Assembly: GCA_964532485.1 (NCBI GenBank)
Contig: CAZHKE010000006.1
Coordinates: forward strand, 47,280-89,383
DNA length: 42,104 nucleotides
Direction: 5' to 3'
DNA from: an uncultured Bifidobacteriaceae bacterium
GTDB taxonomy: Bacteria > Actinomycetota > Acidimicrobiia > IMCC26256 > PALSA-555
Under the pieces are notes generated by a model. That model was not told the DNA's origin. It made no database searches and saw only the letters and a list, made by a program, of their open reading frames with translations. The position numbers and the translations under genes are program-made. Below, one piece after another: positions 29,251 through 39,252 of this stretch (its first letter is position 1; each line of letters starts with the position of its first letter).

Positions 29251-30498
29251 ATGTCGAGCCGATCTGAGCGCCCGCTGGGCAACGTTCGGATCTGCGACTT
29301 CACCGGCCAGCTCGCCGGGGCAGGCGCGACCCGAACGCTCGCCGCGTTCGGCGCCCAGGTCATCCGGGTCGAGGATCCGGTCCGCCAGGGTCGCTGGGAC
29401 ATGCTCCGGGGCAGCGGACCCTTCGTCGACGAACGCCGAGGCCCCGAGCTCGGCGGCGGGTTCAACAACCACAACGTCGAGAAGCTCGGTGTCACGATCA
29501 ACCTCAAGGACGAACGGGGGCGTGACCTCCTGCGCGAGCTGATCGCGACCAGCGACGTGGTCACCGAGAACTTCGCCGGCGGCGTGCTCGCCCGTCTGGG
29601 CTTCGGGTACGACGACCTCCGCGAGATCCGCAACGACATCATCTACGTCTCGAACAGTGGCTTCGGCCACACCGGGCCCTACTCGGCGTTCAAGACGTGG
29701 GGCCCGGTCGTCCAGGCGATCTGTGGCCTGTCGTTCCTCTCCGGGCTCCCTGACGAGCCGCCCGCAGGGTGGGGCTATTCCTACATGGATCACCTGGGCG
29801 CCGACTTCATGGCGCTCGCGATCCTCGCCGCGCTCGTACACCGCCGACGCACGGGTGAGGGCCAATGGGTCGACATGTCGTCAATCGAGGCCGGGATCAC
29901 CCTCGATGGCCCCTCGATCCTCGACCACAGCGTCAACGGGCGCCCGGCGCGACGAGCGGGCTCGCCCGACAGCAACCACAGCGCATCGCCGAGAATGGTG
30001 CCGCACAACATCTTCCCCGCGGCGGGCGAGGACCGATGGGTTGCCATCGCGTGTCGTGACGACTCCGACTGGGCAGCCCTGGCCAAGGTCATCGGTGAGG
30101 CGTGGGCGAACGAATCCCGGTTCGACGACCTCGCAGGCCGGTACGCCGCGCAGTCCGAGCTGGACGCCCGGATGGCTCGATGGACGAGCACGCGTGACCG
30201 CTTCGAGCTCGCGGCCGAGCTCAGAGCGGTCGGCGTGCCGGCCAGCGCCGTCCAGCAGGCAGTCGACCGCATCGAGCACGATCCCGGAACCTCGGCGTGG
30301 GGGCTGTGGCCCCTCGTACGGCACCCGGAGATCGGTGAAGTCCGGGTCGACGGGATCCCCGTCCATCTGTCCGAGGCCGACTGGGTGATCGAGCGCGGCG
30401 CTCCACTCCTCGGTGAGCACAACGACCGTGTGTTCGGCGACTTCCTTGGACACACTGCCGAGGAGCTCGCCGCACTTCGCGACGCGAATGTGATCTGA
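29251..30498 (+). CDS. CoA-transferase family III, catalytic subunit (BbsF-like)
   Basis: LAAFGAQVIRVE, NVEKLGVTINL, DVVTENF, YMDH catalytic Asp, APLLGEHN. Confidence 0.92.
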   Translation: MSSRSERPLGNVRICDFTGQLAGAGATRTLAAFGAQVIRVEDPVRQGRWDMLRGSGPFVDERRGPELGGGFNNHNVEKLGVTINLKDERGRDLLRELIATSDVVTENFAGGVLARLGFGYDDLREIRNDIIYVSNSGFGHTGPYSAFKTWGPVVQAICGLSFLSGLPDEPPAGWGYSYMDHLGADFMALAILAALVHRRRTGEGQWVDMSSIEAGITLDGPSILDHSVNGRPARRAGSPDSNHSASPRMVPHNIFPAAGEDRWVAIACRDDSDWAALAKVIGEAWANESRFDDLAGRYAAQSELDARMARWTSTRDRFELAAELRAVGVPASAVQQAVDRIEHDPGTSAWGLWPLVRHPEIGEVRVDGIPVHLSEADWVIERGAPLLGEHNDRVFGDFLGHTAEELAALRDANVI

Positions 30499-31739
30499 TG
30501 ACGCCCGCAGGCGGCGCGCTCGCCGGGCTCCGAGTCGTCGAGCTCGCCAGCGACCATGCGGCCTTCGCCGGGAAGCTGCTCGCGGACTTGGGCGCGGAGG
30601 TCGTGCTCGTGGAGCCGCCGGGCGGACACCACAGCCGCGGCTACGAGCCCTTCGTCGATGATCGGCCCGACCCCGAGCGGAGTCTTTGGTGGTGGCACTA
30701 CCACACCAGCAAGCTCGGCGTGGTGCTCGACCTCGAGGACGGCGCCGACGTGACGCGCTTCCGACGGCTCGTCGCGACAGCGGACATCGTGCTCGACGGC
30801 GAGGCGCCGGGGCGGATGTCCGCGCTGGGACTCGACTTCTCAGACCTGCGCGCCGGCCACGATGAGCTCGTATGGGTCTCGGTCACTGCCTTCGGACGCG
30901 ACAACCCGCGGCGGGGCGAGCCGTTCACCGACCTGACCCTGCTCGCGGGTGGCGGTCCGGTGTGGTCCTGCGGCTACGACGACCACAGTCTGCCGCCGGT
31001 CCGCGGCGGCGGGAACCAGGGCTACCAGATCGGCTCGGTGTGGGCGGCGATCGGCGCGCTCACCGCGATCCTCGCCCGCGACGTCACGGGTCGCGGGCAG
31101 CTGGTCGACGTGAGCCTGCACGCAGCCGCCAACGTCACGACCGAGGCCGCCACACAAGCCTGGCTGATGACCGGTGAGGAGGTCTCGCGCCTCACCTGCC
31201 GCCACGCGGCGCGCCAGGGCAACGTGAGCCAGCAGACGCTGGCGTTGACGGCCGACGGCAGGTGGATGAACACGGGGGTCCCGCCGCGCACGCCGCGCGA
31301 GTTCAGCGCCCTGTCGGAGTGGCTCGACGAGCTCGACCTGCGCGACGAGTTCCCCGAGACCGTGTTCCTCGAGCTCGGCGCGAAGCGTGAGACGATCGCG
31401 TTCGGTGACATCGGTGTCGACCCGGTGCTCACCGAGATCGTGAGCGCCGGACGCGAGGCGATGATGTTCATCGCATCGAAGCTGAGTGCCGACGACTTCT
31501 TCGTCGGGGGCCAACGCAGGGGTCTGACGTGCGGGCCGGTGTACGCGCCCGAGGAGATCATGGCCGACGAGCACATCACCGCGCGTGGGTTCCCCACCGC
31601 CGTTCACCACGACGATCTGGATCGGGACGTGGTGTACCCCGGTGCGCCATTCGTCATGTCGGCGACGCCGTGGCGGATTGCCCGGCGTGCCCCGCGAATC
31701 GGTGAGCACCAGCATCTCGTCTTCACCCCGTCGTCGTGA
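30498..31739 (+). CDS. CoA-transferase family III, subunit lacking the catalytic Asp (BbsE-like)
   Basis: TGATG overlap; LADLGAEVVLVEPPGG, HTSKLGVVLDL; NQGYQ at the catalytic-Asp position. Confidence 0.88.
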   Translation: MTPAGGALAGLRVVELASDHAAFAGKLLADLGAEVVLVEPPGGHHSRGYEPFVDDRPDPERSLWWWHYHTSKLGVVLDLEDGADVTRFRRLVATADIVLDGEAPGRMSALGLDFSDLRAGHDELVWVSVTAFGRDNPRRGEPFTDLTLLAGGGPVWSCGYDDHSLPPVRGGGNQGYQIGSVWAAIGALTAILARDVTGRGQLVDVSLHAAANVTTEAATQAWLMTGEEVSRLTCRHAARQGNVSQQTLALTADGRWMNTGVPPRTPREFSALSEWLDELDLRDEFPETVFLELGAKRETIAFGDIGVDPVLTEIVSAGREAMMFIASKLSADDFFVGGQRRGLTCGPVYAPEEIMADEHITARGFPTAVHHDDLDRDVVYPGAPFVMSATPWRIARRAPRIGEHQHLVFTPSS

Positions 31740-31767
31740 CGTATCGACCCGAGAGGACTTCTTGAAG

Positions 31768-32592
31768 ATGTACGAGGAGATGTTCAGGTTCGACGGCAAG
31801 CGAGCCCTGGTCGTCGGTGGCGCGACCGGCATGGGCGCAGAGGCCGCCCGCATCATCCAAGGCCTCGGGGCGGAGGTGACCGTCATGGACAATGCCGACG
31901 TCCAGATGGCGGACGTCGCGGGCGTCAAGCTCGATCTCCGTGACCGTGCCGGCATCGACGCGGCCGTGGACGCGCAAGAGGGGCCGATCCACGCGGTGCT
32001 GTCGTGCGCGGGCGTTGGCGCTGGCTCCCCCGGCATCCATCAGGTGAACTTCATCGGTCAGCGCCACCTGATCGAGCGGCTCATCGATCAGGACAAGCTG
32101 CCGTCGGGGTCGGCCGTCGCCATGATCGCCTCGATCGCCGGCATGGGTTGGGAGGCGAACCTGCCGACACTGCTCGACTTCCTGGCCACCCCCGACTTCG
32201 AGGCTGCCTCGAAGTGGGTCGAGGAGCACCCCGACCAGACCGGCCCGGCCGAGCTGACGATGGACTACGTCTTCAGCAAGCAGGCGATCTGCGCATATGC
32301 GGCGTCTCGCGCCTTCCACTTCTTGCAGCGAGGGATCCGGATCAACGCCATCATGCCGGGGATCATCGATACGGCACTCGCCCGGGCGAACGACTGGTTG
32401 AGCTACGACGAGGACTGGCGCAGCGCCGTCTCGATCGAGAACACGCCGGAGAAGCCTGCATACCCGTTGGTGTTCCTCTGCAGCGCCGCAGCGAGTCACG
32501 TCAGCGGGGCGACGCTGACGGTCGACGTCGGTTGGACGAGCTCGCAGATGACAGGCTCGTTCACCTCAGGCGCACTGCCCGCCGCCGACTGA
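31768..32592 (+). CDS. SDR oxidoreductase, related to 4718-5554
   Basis: VGGATGMG, SCAG, YVFSK, NAIMPG; start reassigned to ATG 31768. Confidence 0.88.
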   Translation: MYEEMFRFDGKRALVVGGATGMGAEAARIIQGLGAEVTVMDNADVQMADVAGVKLDLRDRAGIDAAVDAQEGPIHAVLSCAGVGAGSPGIHQVNFIGQRHLIERLIDQDKLPSGSAVAMIASIAGMGWEANLPTLLDFLATPDFEAASKWVEEHPDQTGPAELTMDYVFSKQAICAYAASRAFHFLQRGIRINAIMPGIIDTALARANDWLSYDEDWRSAVSIENTPEKPAYPLVFLCSAAASHVSGATLTVDVGWTSSQMTGSFTSGALPAAD

Positions 32593-32616
32593 CCCCGAGA
32601 CAGCGAAGGAGCACCC

Positions 32617-32817
32617 ATGCGCGCGATCGTCGACCGCGACCGTTGCCAGGGCCACAACCGGTGCTACGCGGAAGCGCCGACGCTGTTCGACCTCGACGAC
32701 GAGCTGAAGTCCGTCGTCCTGGTCGACATCGTGCCGACCGACCAAGAGGATGCGGCGCGGCGCGCCGAGCGCAACTGCCCCGAGCGCGCGATCACGCTGG
32801 TGGACGGAGATGGATGA
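32617..32817 (+). CDS. 3Fe-4S ferredoxin (P450 electron carrier)
   Basis: CQGHNRC...CPERAI (CxxHxxC-Xn-CP); AAGGAG RBS. Confidence 0.93.
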   Translation: MRAIVDRDRCQGHNRCYAEAPTLFDLDDELKSVVLVDIVPTDQEDAARRAERNCPERAITLVDGDG

Positions 32818-33250
32818 ACCGTCCGCCGACGTGAATGAGCACGTCCTCTACCCACCGATGCCGGCCCCGGACGAGCTCAGCGCCTTCTTCTGGGACGGCA
32901 TCGCCCGGCACGAGCTGCTCGTCATGCGCTGCACATCGTGCGGATGGCTCCTGCATCCGCCGAAGGGCTCGTGCCCGCGCTGCCTGTCGACATCGCTCGC
33001 GGTGACCGACCTGTCGGGCCGGGCCTCGCTCGTCACGTGGTCCCAGCCCATGCAGTCCCACGAGCCCTACTTCCAAGCGCGGGTCCCCTTCGTGTTCGCC
33101 ACCGTCAACCTTGTGGAGCAGGAGCCCTTGCGCTTCGCGACGAACCTCGTCGATTGCGACGAGGACGCGCTGCGCATCGACCTGCCGCTCGTCGTCACCT
33201 TCCGCGACGTCGCGCCGGGCTGCACGTTGCCGCTCTTCCGGCCGGCCTGA
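32810..33250 (+). CDS. DUF35 Zn-ribbon/OB-fold protein (ChsH2-C/BbsA-like)
   Basis: FFWDG, CTSC...CPRC, LRFATNLVDC, LPLFRP; overlaps both neighbouring genes. Confidence 0.9.
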   Translation: MDEPSADVNEHVLYPPMPAPDELSAFFWDGIARHELLVMRCTSCGWLLHPPKGSCPRCLSTSLAVTDLSGRASLVTWSQPMQSHEPYFQARVPFVFATVNLVEQEPLRFATNLVDCDEDALRIDLPLVVTFRDVAPGCTLPLFRPA

Positions 33251-34419
33251 TGGTGAACGCCAGCAAGCGGGTCGCGATCGCCGGCGTCGGCTACTCGGAG
33301 ATCGGTCGCCGCCTGCCGCACTCCGACGACGAGCTCGTCCGCCAGGCCGTCACCGCCGCGCTCGACGACGCGGGCATGACGACATCGGACATCGACGGGA
33401 TCGGCACCTCCGGCGGCGTCGCCCTCTCGATCGGGCAGTTGCTCGGGATGATGCCGCTCAACTGGTTCTTCACGTCGACCCAGATCGGGCCCGCGTTCTC
33501 GGAGACGGCGGTCATGACGATCTCGGCCGTCGCCTCGGGCGTGTGCCACACCGCGCTCGCCATTCGACTCATCCGTCAGGCCGGCGGGGGCCGGCCTTCG
33601 CTCGAGGCGATGGCGGCGATGACGGGTCCGCCGGACGGGCCCCGGCGGGTCGGCGGCGACCAGCAGTGGACGGCGCCGTTCGGCGGCAGCATGCCCGCGA
33701 CGTTCCTCGGCGGGTTGCAGATGCAGCGCTACATGAGCGAGTTCGGGGTGACGCAGGAGCAGTTCGGTGTTCACGCGACGATCCAGAGGGAACACGCGGC
33801 CCGGAACCCCGATGCGCTGCTGCGCGACCCGCTGACGCTCGACGAGTATCTCGCCTCGCGCTTCGTGAGCAAGCCGGTCCGCCTCCTCGACTGCGACTAT
33901 CCCTGTGACGCGGTCTCGTGCGTGATCTTCACGACGGCCGAGCGCGCGAGAGACCTCCGGAAGCCGCCGGTGCTGGTCGAGGCCTGGGCGATGGCGGGTG
34001 TGAGCGATCTCGACATGACGCTGCTCGACGACTTCACGGCCAACTCCGTCGCGCCGTGCAGCGAGGCCTTGTGGTCCCGAACCGACCTCCGGCCGTCCGA
34101 CGTGGACACTGCTCACCTCTATGACGGATTCTCGGTGATCTGCTTCGAGTGGCTCGAGCACCTCGGCTTCTGCGGACGCGGTGAGGCGGGGGCGTTCGTC
34201 GAGGAAGGCAAAACTCGTCTCGGTGGTTCGCTCCCGCTCAACACCGACGGCGGGGCGTGCAACGTCGGTCGCCGCCACGGTGCCAACTTCTGCATCGAGG
34301 CGGCGCGCCAACTGCGCGGCGAGGCCGGTCCTCGCCAGGTGCCCGGTGCCGAGGTCTCCGTGTGGTCGAACGCGTCCGGCGCCTTCGCCGGCGCGGCGCT
34401 GTTGACCACGGATCGGTGA
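33250..34419 (+). CDS. SCP-x/Ltp2-like thiolase-fold protein
   Basis: TGATG overlap; VAIAGVGYS, LLDCDYPCD, LYDGFS, NTDGGACNVGRRHG. Confidence 0.88.
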   Translation: MVNASKRVAIAGVGYSEIGRRLPHSDDELVRQAVTAALDDAGMTTSDIDGIGTSGGVALSIGQLLGMMPLNWFFTSTQIGPAFSETAVMTISAVASGVCHTALAIRLIRQAGGGRPSLEAMAAMTGPPDGPRRVGGDQQWTAPFGGSMPATFLGGLQMQRYMSEFGVTQEQFGVHATIQREHAARNPDALLRDPLTLDEYLASRFVSKPVRLLDCDYPCDAVSCVIFTTAERARDLRKPPVLVEAWAMAGVSDLDMTLLDDFTANSVAPCSEALWSRTDLRPSDVDTAHLYDGFSVICFEWLEHLGFCGRGEAGAFVEEGKTRLGGSLPLNTDGGACNVGRRHGANFCIEAARQLRGEAGPRQVPGAEVSVWSNASGAFAGAALLTTDR

Positions 34420-34422
34420 CGA

Positions 34423-35346
34423 TCACGCTGGGTCGATGATGCCTCTGCGCTCGAGCGTGTCGCGGATCCCGTCGCGCCAGTGAACGGAGCACTTGCCGAT
34501 CATGTCCTCACGGCGGGTGTTGTCGGAGATGAAGGTGTCGAACGCTACGGGGCTCTCGACGAACTCGGCCTCCAGGCCGGTGAGCTCGGCGACGTACTCG
34601 ACCATCTCGCGATCGGACACCGGTTCGTCGCCGGCCCAGTTCACGAGCGTCGCCGGCACGGACGCAGCCTCGAGCAGCAGATGTGCCTGCGCGGCGATGT
34701 CCTCGCCGGCGATCGGTGAGCACATGTCTTCGTACCCGATCGGCTCGGGGATCGGCTGGCCCGCCGACAGCAGGTGGTACGCCATCACGGGCAGGCCACC
34801 ATGGCCGGTCCAGCTGTAGCCCACGTTCATGCGGGCGATCGTCGTCGGCAGGTCGAGCATCCGAGCCGCAGACCGAACGGCACCTTCGGTTGCGATCTTC
34901 GCCACCGGGTACCCGGGGTCGTAGCTCGCCATCCCCCCGAGAGCGTCTGTCTCCGAGTACGCGTGGTCGGGGTGATCCTCGTGTCGCCGGTAGACGCAGA
35001 AGCTGCCGACGTAGAGGAAGGCATCGGCGTTTCGGCAATGCTGCATGAGGAGCGCCGTCGACTCGGCGTTCTTGGCGATGCCCTCGTCATGGTGCTCCAG
35101 CCCGCCGACCGGGTCGATCGCCGAGTGCACGACGTGGGTGAAGTCGTCGGGCAGCATTGAGTGGTCGCCCGTCTTCATCTCCCAGAGGATGGTCTTCACG
35201 CCCATCGCTTCGAGCTCGGCCTTACGTGTGGGGTCGGTGAAGCGCGCCGGGCACCAGACCTCGTTCTTCGCGACCATGTCCTCGACGATCGGTCCGGCGA
35301 TCTGGCCGGTACCGCCCGTGATGAGGACCTTCTTGCCCTCGATCAA
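34423..35346 (-). CDS. NAD-dependent epimerase/dehydratase (extended SDR)
   Basis: ITGGTGQIA, GSFCVY, YPVAK, ARMNVGY; TTG start behind GGGGGA. Confidence 0.87.
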   Translation of the reverse strand: MIEGKKVLITGGTGQIAGPIVEDMVAKNEVWCPARFTDPTRKAELEAMGVKTILWEMKTGDHSMLPDDFTHVVHSAIDPVGGLEHHDEGIAKNAESTALLMQHCRNADAFLYVGSFCVYRRHEDHPDHAYSETDALGGMASYDPGYPVAKIATEGAVRSAARMLDLPTTIARMNVGYSWTGHGGLPVMAYHLLSAGQPIPEPIGYEDMCSPIAGEDIAAQAHLLLEAASVPATLVNWAGDEPVSDREMVEYVAELTGLEAEFVESPVAFDTFISDNTRREDMIGKCSVHWRDGIRDTLERRGIIDPA

Positions 35347-35380
35347 CGCTTGTCCCCCCGATTCTCGTGGAGCTCGACGA

Positions 35381-36445
35381 TCAGTTGCTCGGCTTCTGCA
35401 GGCTGTGGCGCCCGGTGATCATGGGCAGGTCGAGGCACGTCTTGATCCCGGGTGCCGCGTTGCACAGCGGAACGACCGCGTGGACGGCATGCAAGGCGGT
35501 GCCGAGGCACGCCTGGTCATTGTGGTCCTCACCGTGGATGCCGATCTTGGCCTCGAGGACCATGGACGGCAGGCCTTCGACGGTGACCTTCCAGCCGCGC
35601 CCGTTGGGCCAGTCGGGAGCGGCGTCGTCGGACAGGCGGTTGATGTGCTCGACCGTGAGCGCCTTGCGCCCCTCGACGACAGCAGTGGCCGAGAAGCGCA
35701 TCGCGGCAACCGTGCCGGCCTCGATGCGGCCCGCCGCGATGTCGAAGGCCGTGTCGGTCACCCACACCTGGCGATCGAAGGTGAAGTCGTCGATGGTGGC
35801 CCCCAGGCCGTCAGCGATGAGCATGATCGGCGCCAGGAAGAAGCCACCGATCACGGACGCGTCGCCCCAGAGCGCGCTCTCGTCGTCGGGGGTCTTGCCG
35901 AAACCCATGCCTTCGAACAAGTTGAACGCGTGGTCGTAGCTCGAGTAGTCGAGCAGCTCCTGGACCGTCAGCGACTCGATGTGGCGAAAGATGCCTGACA
36001 TCGTCAGTGGCAGCACCTCGGAGGCCCAGCCGGGTTCCACCCCAGTGCCATGGAAGCTGGTGCCGCCCTCCGCGCAGGCCTTCTCGATGCGGCCGAGCAC
36101 CTCGGGGCCCATCGCCGCCGGGTAGATCAACGGCGTCACCGCGGTCGATACGACGTTCTTGCCCGACGAGAGCAGGGCGCAGATGTCGTCGATGGCGGGG
36201 AACGGATCTTGCTCGGCCATCGCCATGTAGATGACGCAATCGGCATCGAGGGCGAGGATCGCGTCGCGATCGTTCGTCGCCTTCACACCGATCGGTCCGA
36301 TGCCAGCGATGTCGCCGACATCCTTCCCGACCTTCTCGTCGGTGTAGACGTACGCACCGACGAGCTCGAGGTCTGGGTGATCAGCGGTCGCGGCGATCGC
36401 GAAGCAACCGACCGGACCCGTGGCCCACTGCACGACTCTGAGCAT
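35381..36445 (-). CDS. DapB-N/2,4-diaminopentanoate dehydrogenase-like oxidoreductase, copy B
   Basis: RVVQWATGPVG, GKNVVST, HGTGVEPG; colinear with 11743-12828. Confidence 0.85.
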   Translation of the reverse strand: MLRVVQWATGPVGCFAIAATADHPDLELVGAYVYTDEKVGKDVGDIAGIGPIGVKATNDRDAILALDADCVIYMAMAEQDPFPAIDDICALLSSGKNVVSTAVTPLIYPAAMGPEVLGRIEKACAEGGTSFHGTGVEPGWASEVLPLTMSGIFRHIESLTVQELLDYSSYDHAFNLFEGMGFGKTPDDESALWGDASVIGGFFLAPIMLIADGLGATIDDFTFDRQVWVTDTAFDIAAGRIEAGTVAAMRFSATAVVEGRKALTVEHINRLSDDAAPDWPNGRGWKVTVEGLPSMVLEAKIGIHGEDHNDQACLGTALHAVHAVVPLCNAAPGIKTCLDLPMITGRHSLQKPSN

Positions 36446-36633
36446 GGGGGCGACTATCGCACTCCTCGGCAGGATTGTCTATGGTCCATCGAAAACAGTC
36501 TCCTGGGTGGGAGCTCCTGCGCCCACGTGTGCAGCCGCCATCCGACCGAAAGCGGCCTCGCTCCGGATCCGGGCCACGACGACCAAGGCGTCGGCATCGG
36601 GTGTCAGCTCACACGAGACCCGCCGCGCCAGAC

Positions 36634-36669
36634 GGCGAACAGCCAAGAAGAGGCGAACAGCGAAGAAGA
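36634..36669 (+). repeat. 18-bp tandem direct repeat (2 copies, 1 mismatch)
   Basis: GGCGAACAGCCAAGAAGA followed by GGCGAACAGCGAAGAAGA, directly before the SDR RBS. Confidence 0.85.
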
Positions 36670-36677
36670 GGGGAGCG

Positions 36678-37430
36678 ATGGGAGGTGAGCTCGAGGGACG
36701 CCGGGTGCTCGTCGTCGGCGCGTCACGCGGCATCGGCTACGCGGCGGCGGTGGCGTGCGGCGATGCCGGCGCGCGCCTCGCGGTAGCGGCGCGCACGACA
36801 TCTCAGCTCCAGGCGCACGCTGACCGGCACGGTGCGGCCGTCGTGGACTGCGACGTCTGCGACGAGGCCGGTTGCAGAGCCGCGGTCGACTCGGCGGTGT
36901 CGGCGCTCGGCGGACTCGATGCGCTGGTCATCACCACGGGGATCACCTCCTTCGGAGACGTGGCCGAGTACTCGAGGAGTCGACTCGAGGACGTGTTCGC
37001 GACGAACGTCTTCGGGCCGCACTCCGTCCTCGCGGCGGCCGTGCCGCACCTCGAGCAGTCCGGCGGGCACGCGGTGGTGCTCAACTCCGAGAGCGCCCAG
37101 TACGTTCCGGACCCCTGGCCGGGCATCGGTGCCTACATCGCATCGAAGCGGGCGCTCGACTCGTTGGTGCGCTCGTACCACGTCGAGCACCCCGCGGTCG
37201 CGTTCACCAGCTATTTCGTCGGTGCGACGCTGACGAACATCTCCAGCGAGGGCGCCGAGCCGTACCTCGGTCGCTGGCTCGAGAAGGGCTACCTCGAGGT
37301 CACCAACGCGCTCGTTCCCGAAGACCACGGTCGAATCATCGTCGACATCCTCACGGCGGGGGAGCGCGTACGCATCGACGCCGTCGGTGTGCGCCCGCGG
37401 CACATCAGCGGCGGCATCGTCGAGTTCTGA
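36678..37430 (+). CDS. SDR oxidoreductase
   Basis: VGASRGIG, LGGLDAL, TNVFG, YIASK; start reassigned to ATG 36678 behind GGGGAG. Confidence 0.88.
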   Translation: MGGELEGRRVLVVGASRGIGYAAAVACGDAGARLAVAARTTSQLQAHADRHGAAVVDCDVCDEAGCRAAVDSAVSALGGLDALVITTGITSFGDVAEYSRSRLEDVFATNVFGPHSVLAAAVPHLEQSGGHAVVLNSESAQYVPDPWPGIGAYIASKRALDSLVRSYHVEHPAVAFTSYFVGATLTNISSEGAEPYLGRWLEKGYLEVTNALVPEDHGRIIVDILTAGERVRIDAVGVRPRHISGGIVEF

Positions 37431-37441
37431 GGGAACGTCCG

Positions 37442-37867
37442 TCAGCTCGCGGACTGCGTCTTGGCGTTGACGACGACGCGTCGCGTCGTGAAGCGCCACG
37501 CATCCGATCGCCGCAGCTCGTCGTGGTAGCGAGCGGCCAGCGTGATGCTGAAGGTCCCGTCGGCCTGGCGACTCACCACGGCGAGGTCGCTCACGCAGCG
37601 CGCCGCCGCTCCGTCGAGATCGATCTCGATGTTGGAGAGCATGTGCGAGGTCGACGGCCGGTCGAAGGGGCTGGCGCCCGCAGCGAAGACTTCGGCGATG
37701 GCCTCGCGTCCGACGGCCACGCGGCCCATCAGGTCGAGCCGGCCGTCGGGTACGAACAGCTCGGGCACCTCGGCAGTGCGCCCGTCGTCGACGAGGCGGC
37801 AGTAGCGAACGAGCAGGCGCTCGATCGCCCGCTCGTCGACCAGCCGGTCGACGGCGTCGTCATCCAT
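37442..37867 (-). CDS. NTF2/SnoaL-like protein (BaiE/LinA/scytalone dehydratase-like)
   Basis: AIERLLVRYCRLVD, LFVPDG, GREAI, SHMLSN, RYHDEL..WRF. Confidence 0.87.
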   Translation of the reverse strand: MDDDAVDRLVDERAIERLLVRYCRLVDDGRTAEVPELFVPDGRLDLMGRVAVGREAIAEVFAAGASPFDRPSTSHMLSNIEIDLDGAAARCVSDLAVVSRQADGTFSITLAARYHDELRRSDAWRFTTRRVVVNAKTQSAS

Positions 37868-37983
37868 TCCCGACGTCCTGGCTGAGGTGCGCGGTCATCG
37901 AAGACTCCTCGGCTCTTGTAGTAGGAATGCCATCATTATTAGGGTTTTGGCTCGGTCCGAACAGGCCATCCCAGGGGGACGTC

Positions 37984-39243
37984 GTGACAGACCAACCGGC
38001 CGGCGGCGACGAGACGACCCGCGCCGGCGCCCCATCGCCCGAGAGCGCGAACTCGGCGCCACGACGCATCCTCGAAGGAGTGCGTGTGCTCGAGCTCGCA
38101 ACCCTGCTCGCTGGGCCGTTCATCGGAATGCTGCTCCGCGACTTCGGCGCCGAGGTGGTCAAGGTCGAGGATCCTGGTGGAGGCGACCCGTCACGCGGTT
38201 GGCCGCCCAGCGCGGGTGGGATGAGCGTGATGTTCGCCCGAGTGAACATGGGCAAACGGTCGATCGCCGTCAACTTGCGTGACCGCGCCGGTCAGCAGCT
38301 CATTCGTGATCTCGCGGCGACGAGCGACGTCGTGATCGAGAACTTCCGGCCGGGTCGCCTCGCGGCCTGGGACCTCGGGTGGGACCGGCTGAAGGAGATC
38401 AACCCGCAGCTCGTGCTGGTGCACGTGACGGGGTACGGACAAGACGGACCGTACCGGGACCGGCCAGGCTTCGGTGCCGTTGCCGAGTCCGAGGGTGGAT
38501 TGGCGTACGTCAACGGGTGGGCGGACAAGCCACCTGCGATCGCTCCGTTCGGCATGGGTGACTCGATAGCGGCCATGGCCGGAGCGCTCGGCGCCGTCCT
38601 CGGCTTGCTCGACGTCGCCAACGGCCGCAAGGGACGCGAGGTCGACATCGCGCTCTACGAACCGACGATCGCGTTCATGGGAGACACGATCCTGCGATAC
38701 ACGCTGACGGGGGATGTGCTCGAGCGAGGCGGCTTCAACGTGACGGCACCGCGGGGGTGCTACGAGACGTCCGACCAGCATTGGATCATCATCGCCGGGT
38801 CGAGTGAAGCGGTCGTCCATCGCTTGTTCGAGGCGATGGGCAGACCCGATCTGGTGACCGATGACCGCTTTGCGACCAACGCGGCGCGCATCGAGAATCG
38901 CGCGGAGGTCGAAGAGATGGTGAGCAGATGGGTCGCGACTCAAACTCGCGAAGGCGTCCTCTCGATCCTTCGCGACCACGATGTCGCCGCGGGCCCGGTC
39001 AACGATTCCAAGGACATCGCCGAGGACCCCGTGTTCCGCCAACGGGGAAGCATCAGAGAGGTTCGTAGCGAGCGCTTCGGCGGCACCGTGCTCTGGCCGG
39101 GAGGAGTGCTGAGAACGACCGAACCTGTCGCCGACTACGTCGATCCCCCGGATCTCGGCCGAGACACGGACGACGTGCTGGCCGAGCTCGGCGTGGCGCC
39201 CGAACGACGGGCCGAGCTCCGCTCGACGCATGTCATCGGGTGA
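37984..39243 (+). CDS. CoA-transferase family III
   Basis: LAGPF..DFGAEVVKVE, NMGKRSI, DVVIENFRPG, GDSIAA catalytic Asp; start probably GTG 37984 (GGGGGA upstream, TAGGGT -10 at 37940). Confidence 0.92.
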   Translation: MTDQPAGGDETTRAGAPSPESANSAPRRILEGVRVLELATLLAGPFIGMLLRDFGAEVVKVEDPGGGDPSRGWPPSAGGMSVMFARVNMGKRSIAVNLRDRAGQQLIRDLAATSDVVIENFRPGRLAAWDLGWDRLKEINPQLVLVHVTGYGQDGPYRDRPGFGAVAESEGGLAYVNGWADKPPAIAPFGMGDSIAAMAGALGAVLGLLDVANGRKGREVDIALYEPTIAFMGDTILRYTLTGDVLERGGFNVTAPRGCYETSDQHWIIIAGSSEAVVHRLFEAMGRPDLVTDDRFATNAARIENRAEVEEMVSRWVATQTREGVLSILRDHDVAAGPVNDSKDIAEDPVFRQRGSIREVRSERFGGTVLWPGGVLRTTEPVADYVDPPDLGRDTDDVLAELGVAPERRAELRSTHVIG

Positions 39244-39252
39244 GGCGTCGCG

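Noticed and set aside
36634-36669. CRISPR-like repeat
   Set aside because: Only two adjacent units, with no spacer and no cas genes.
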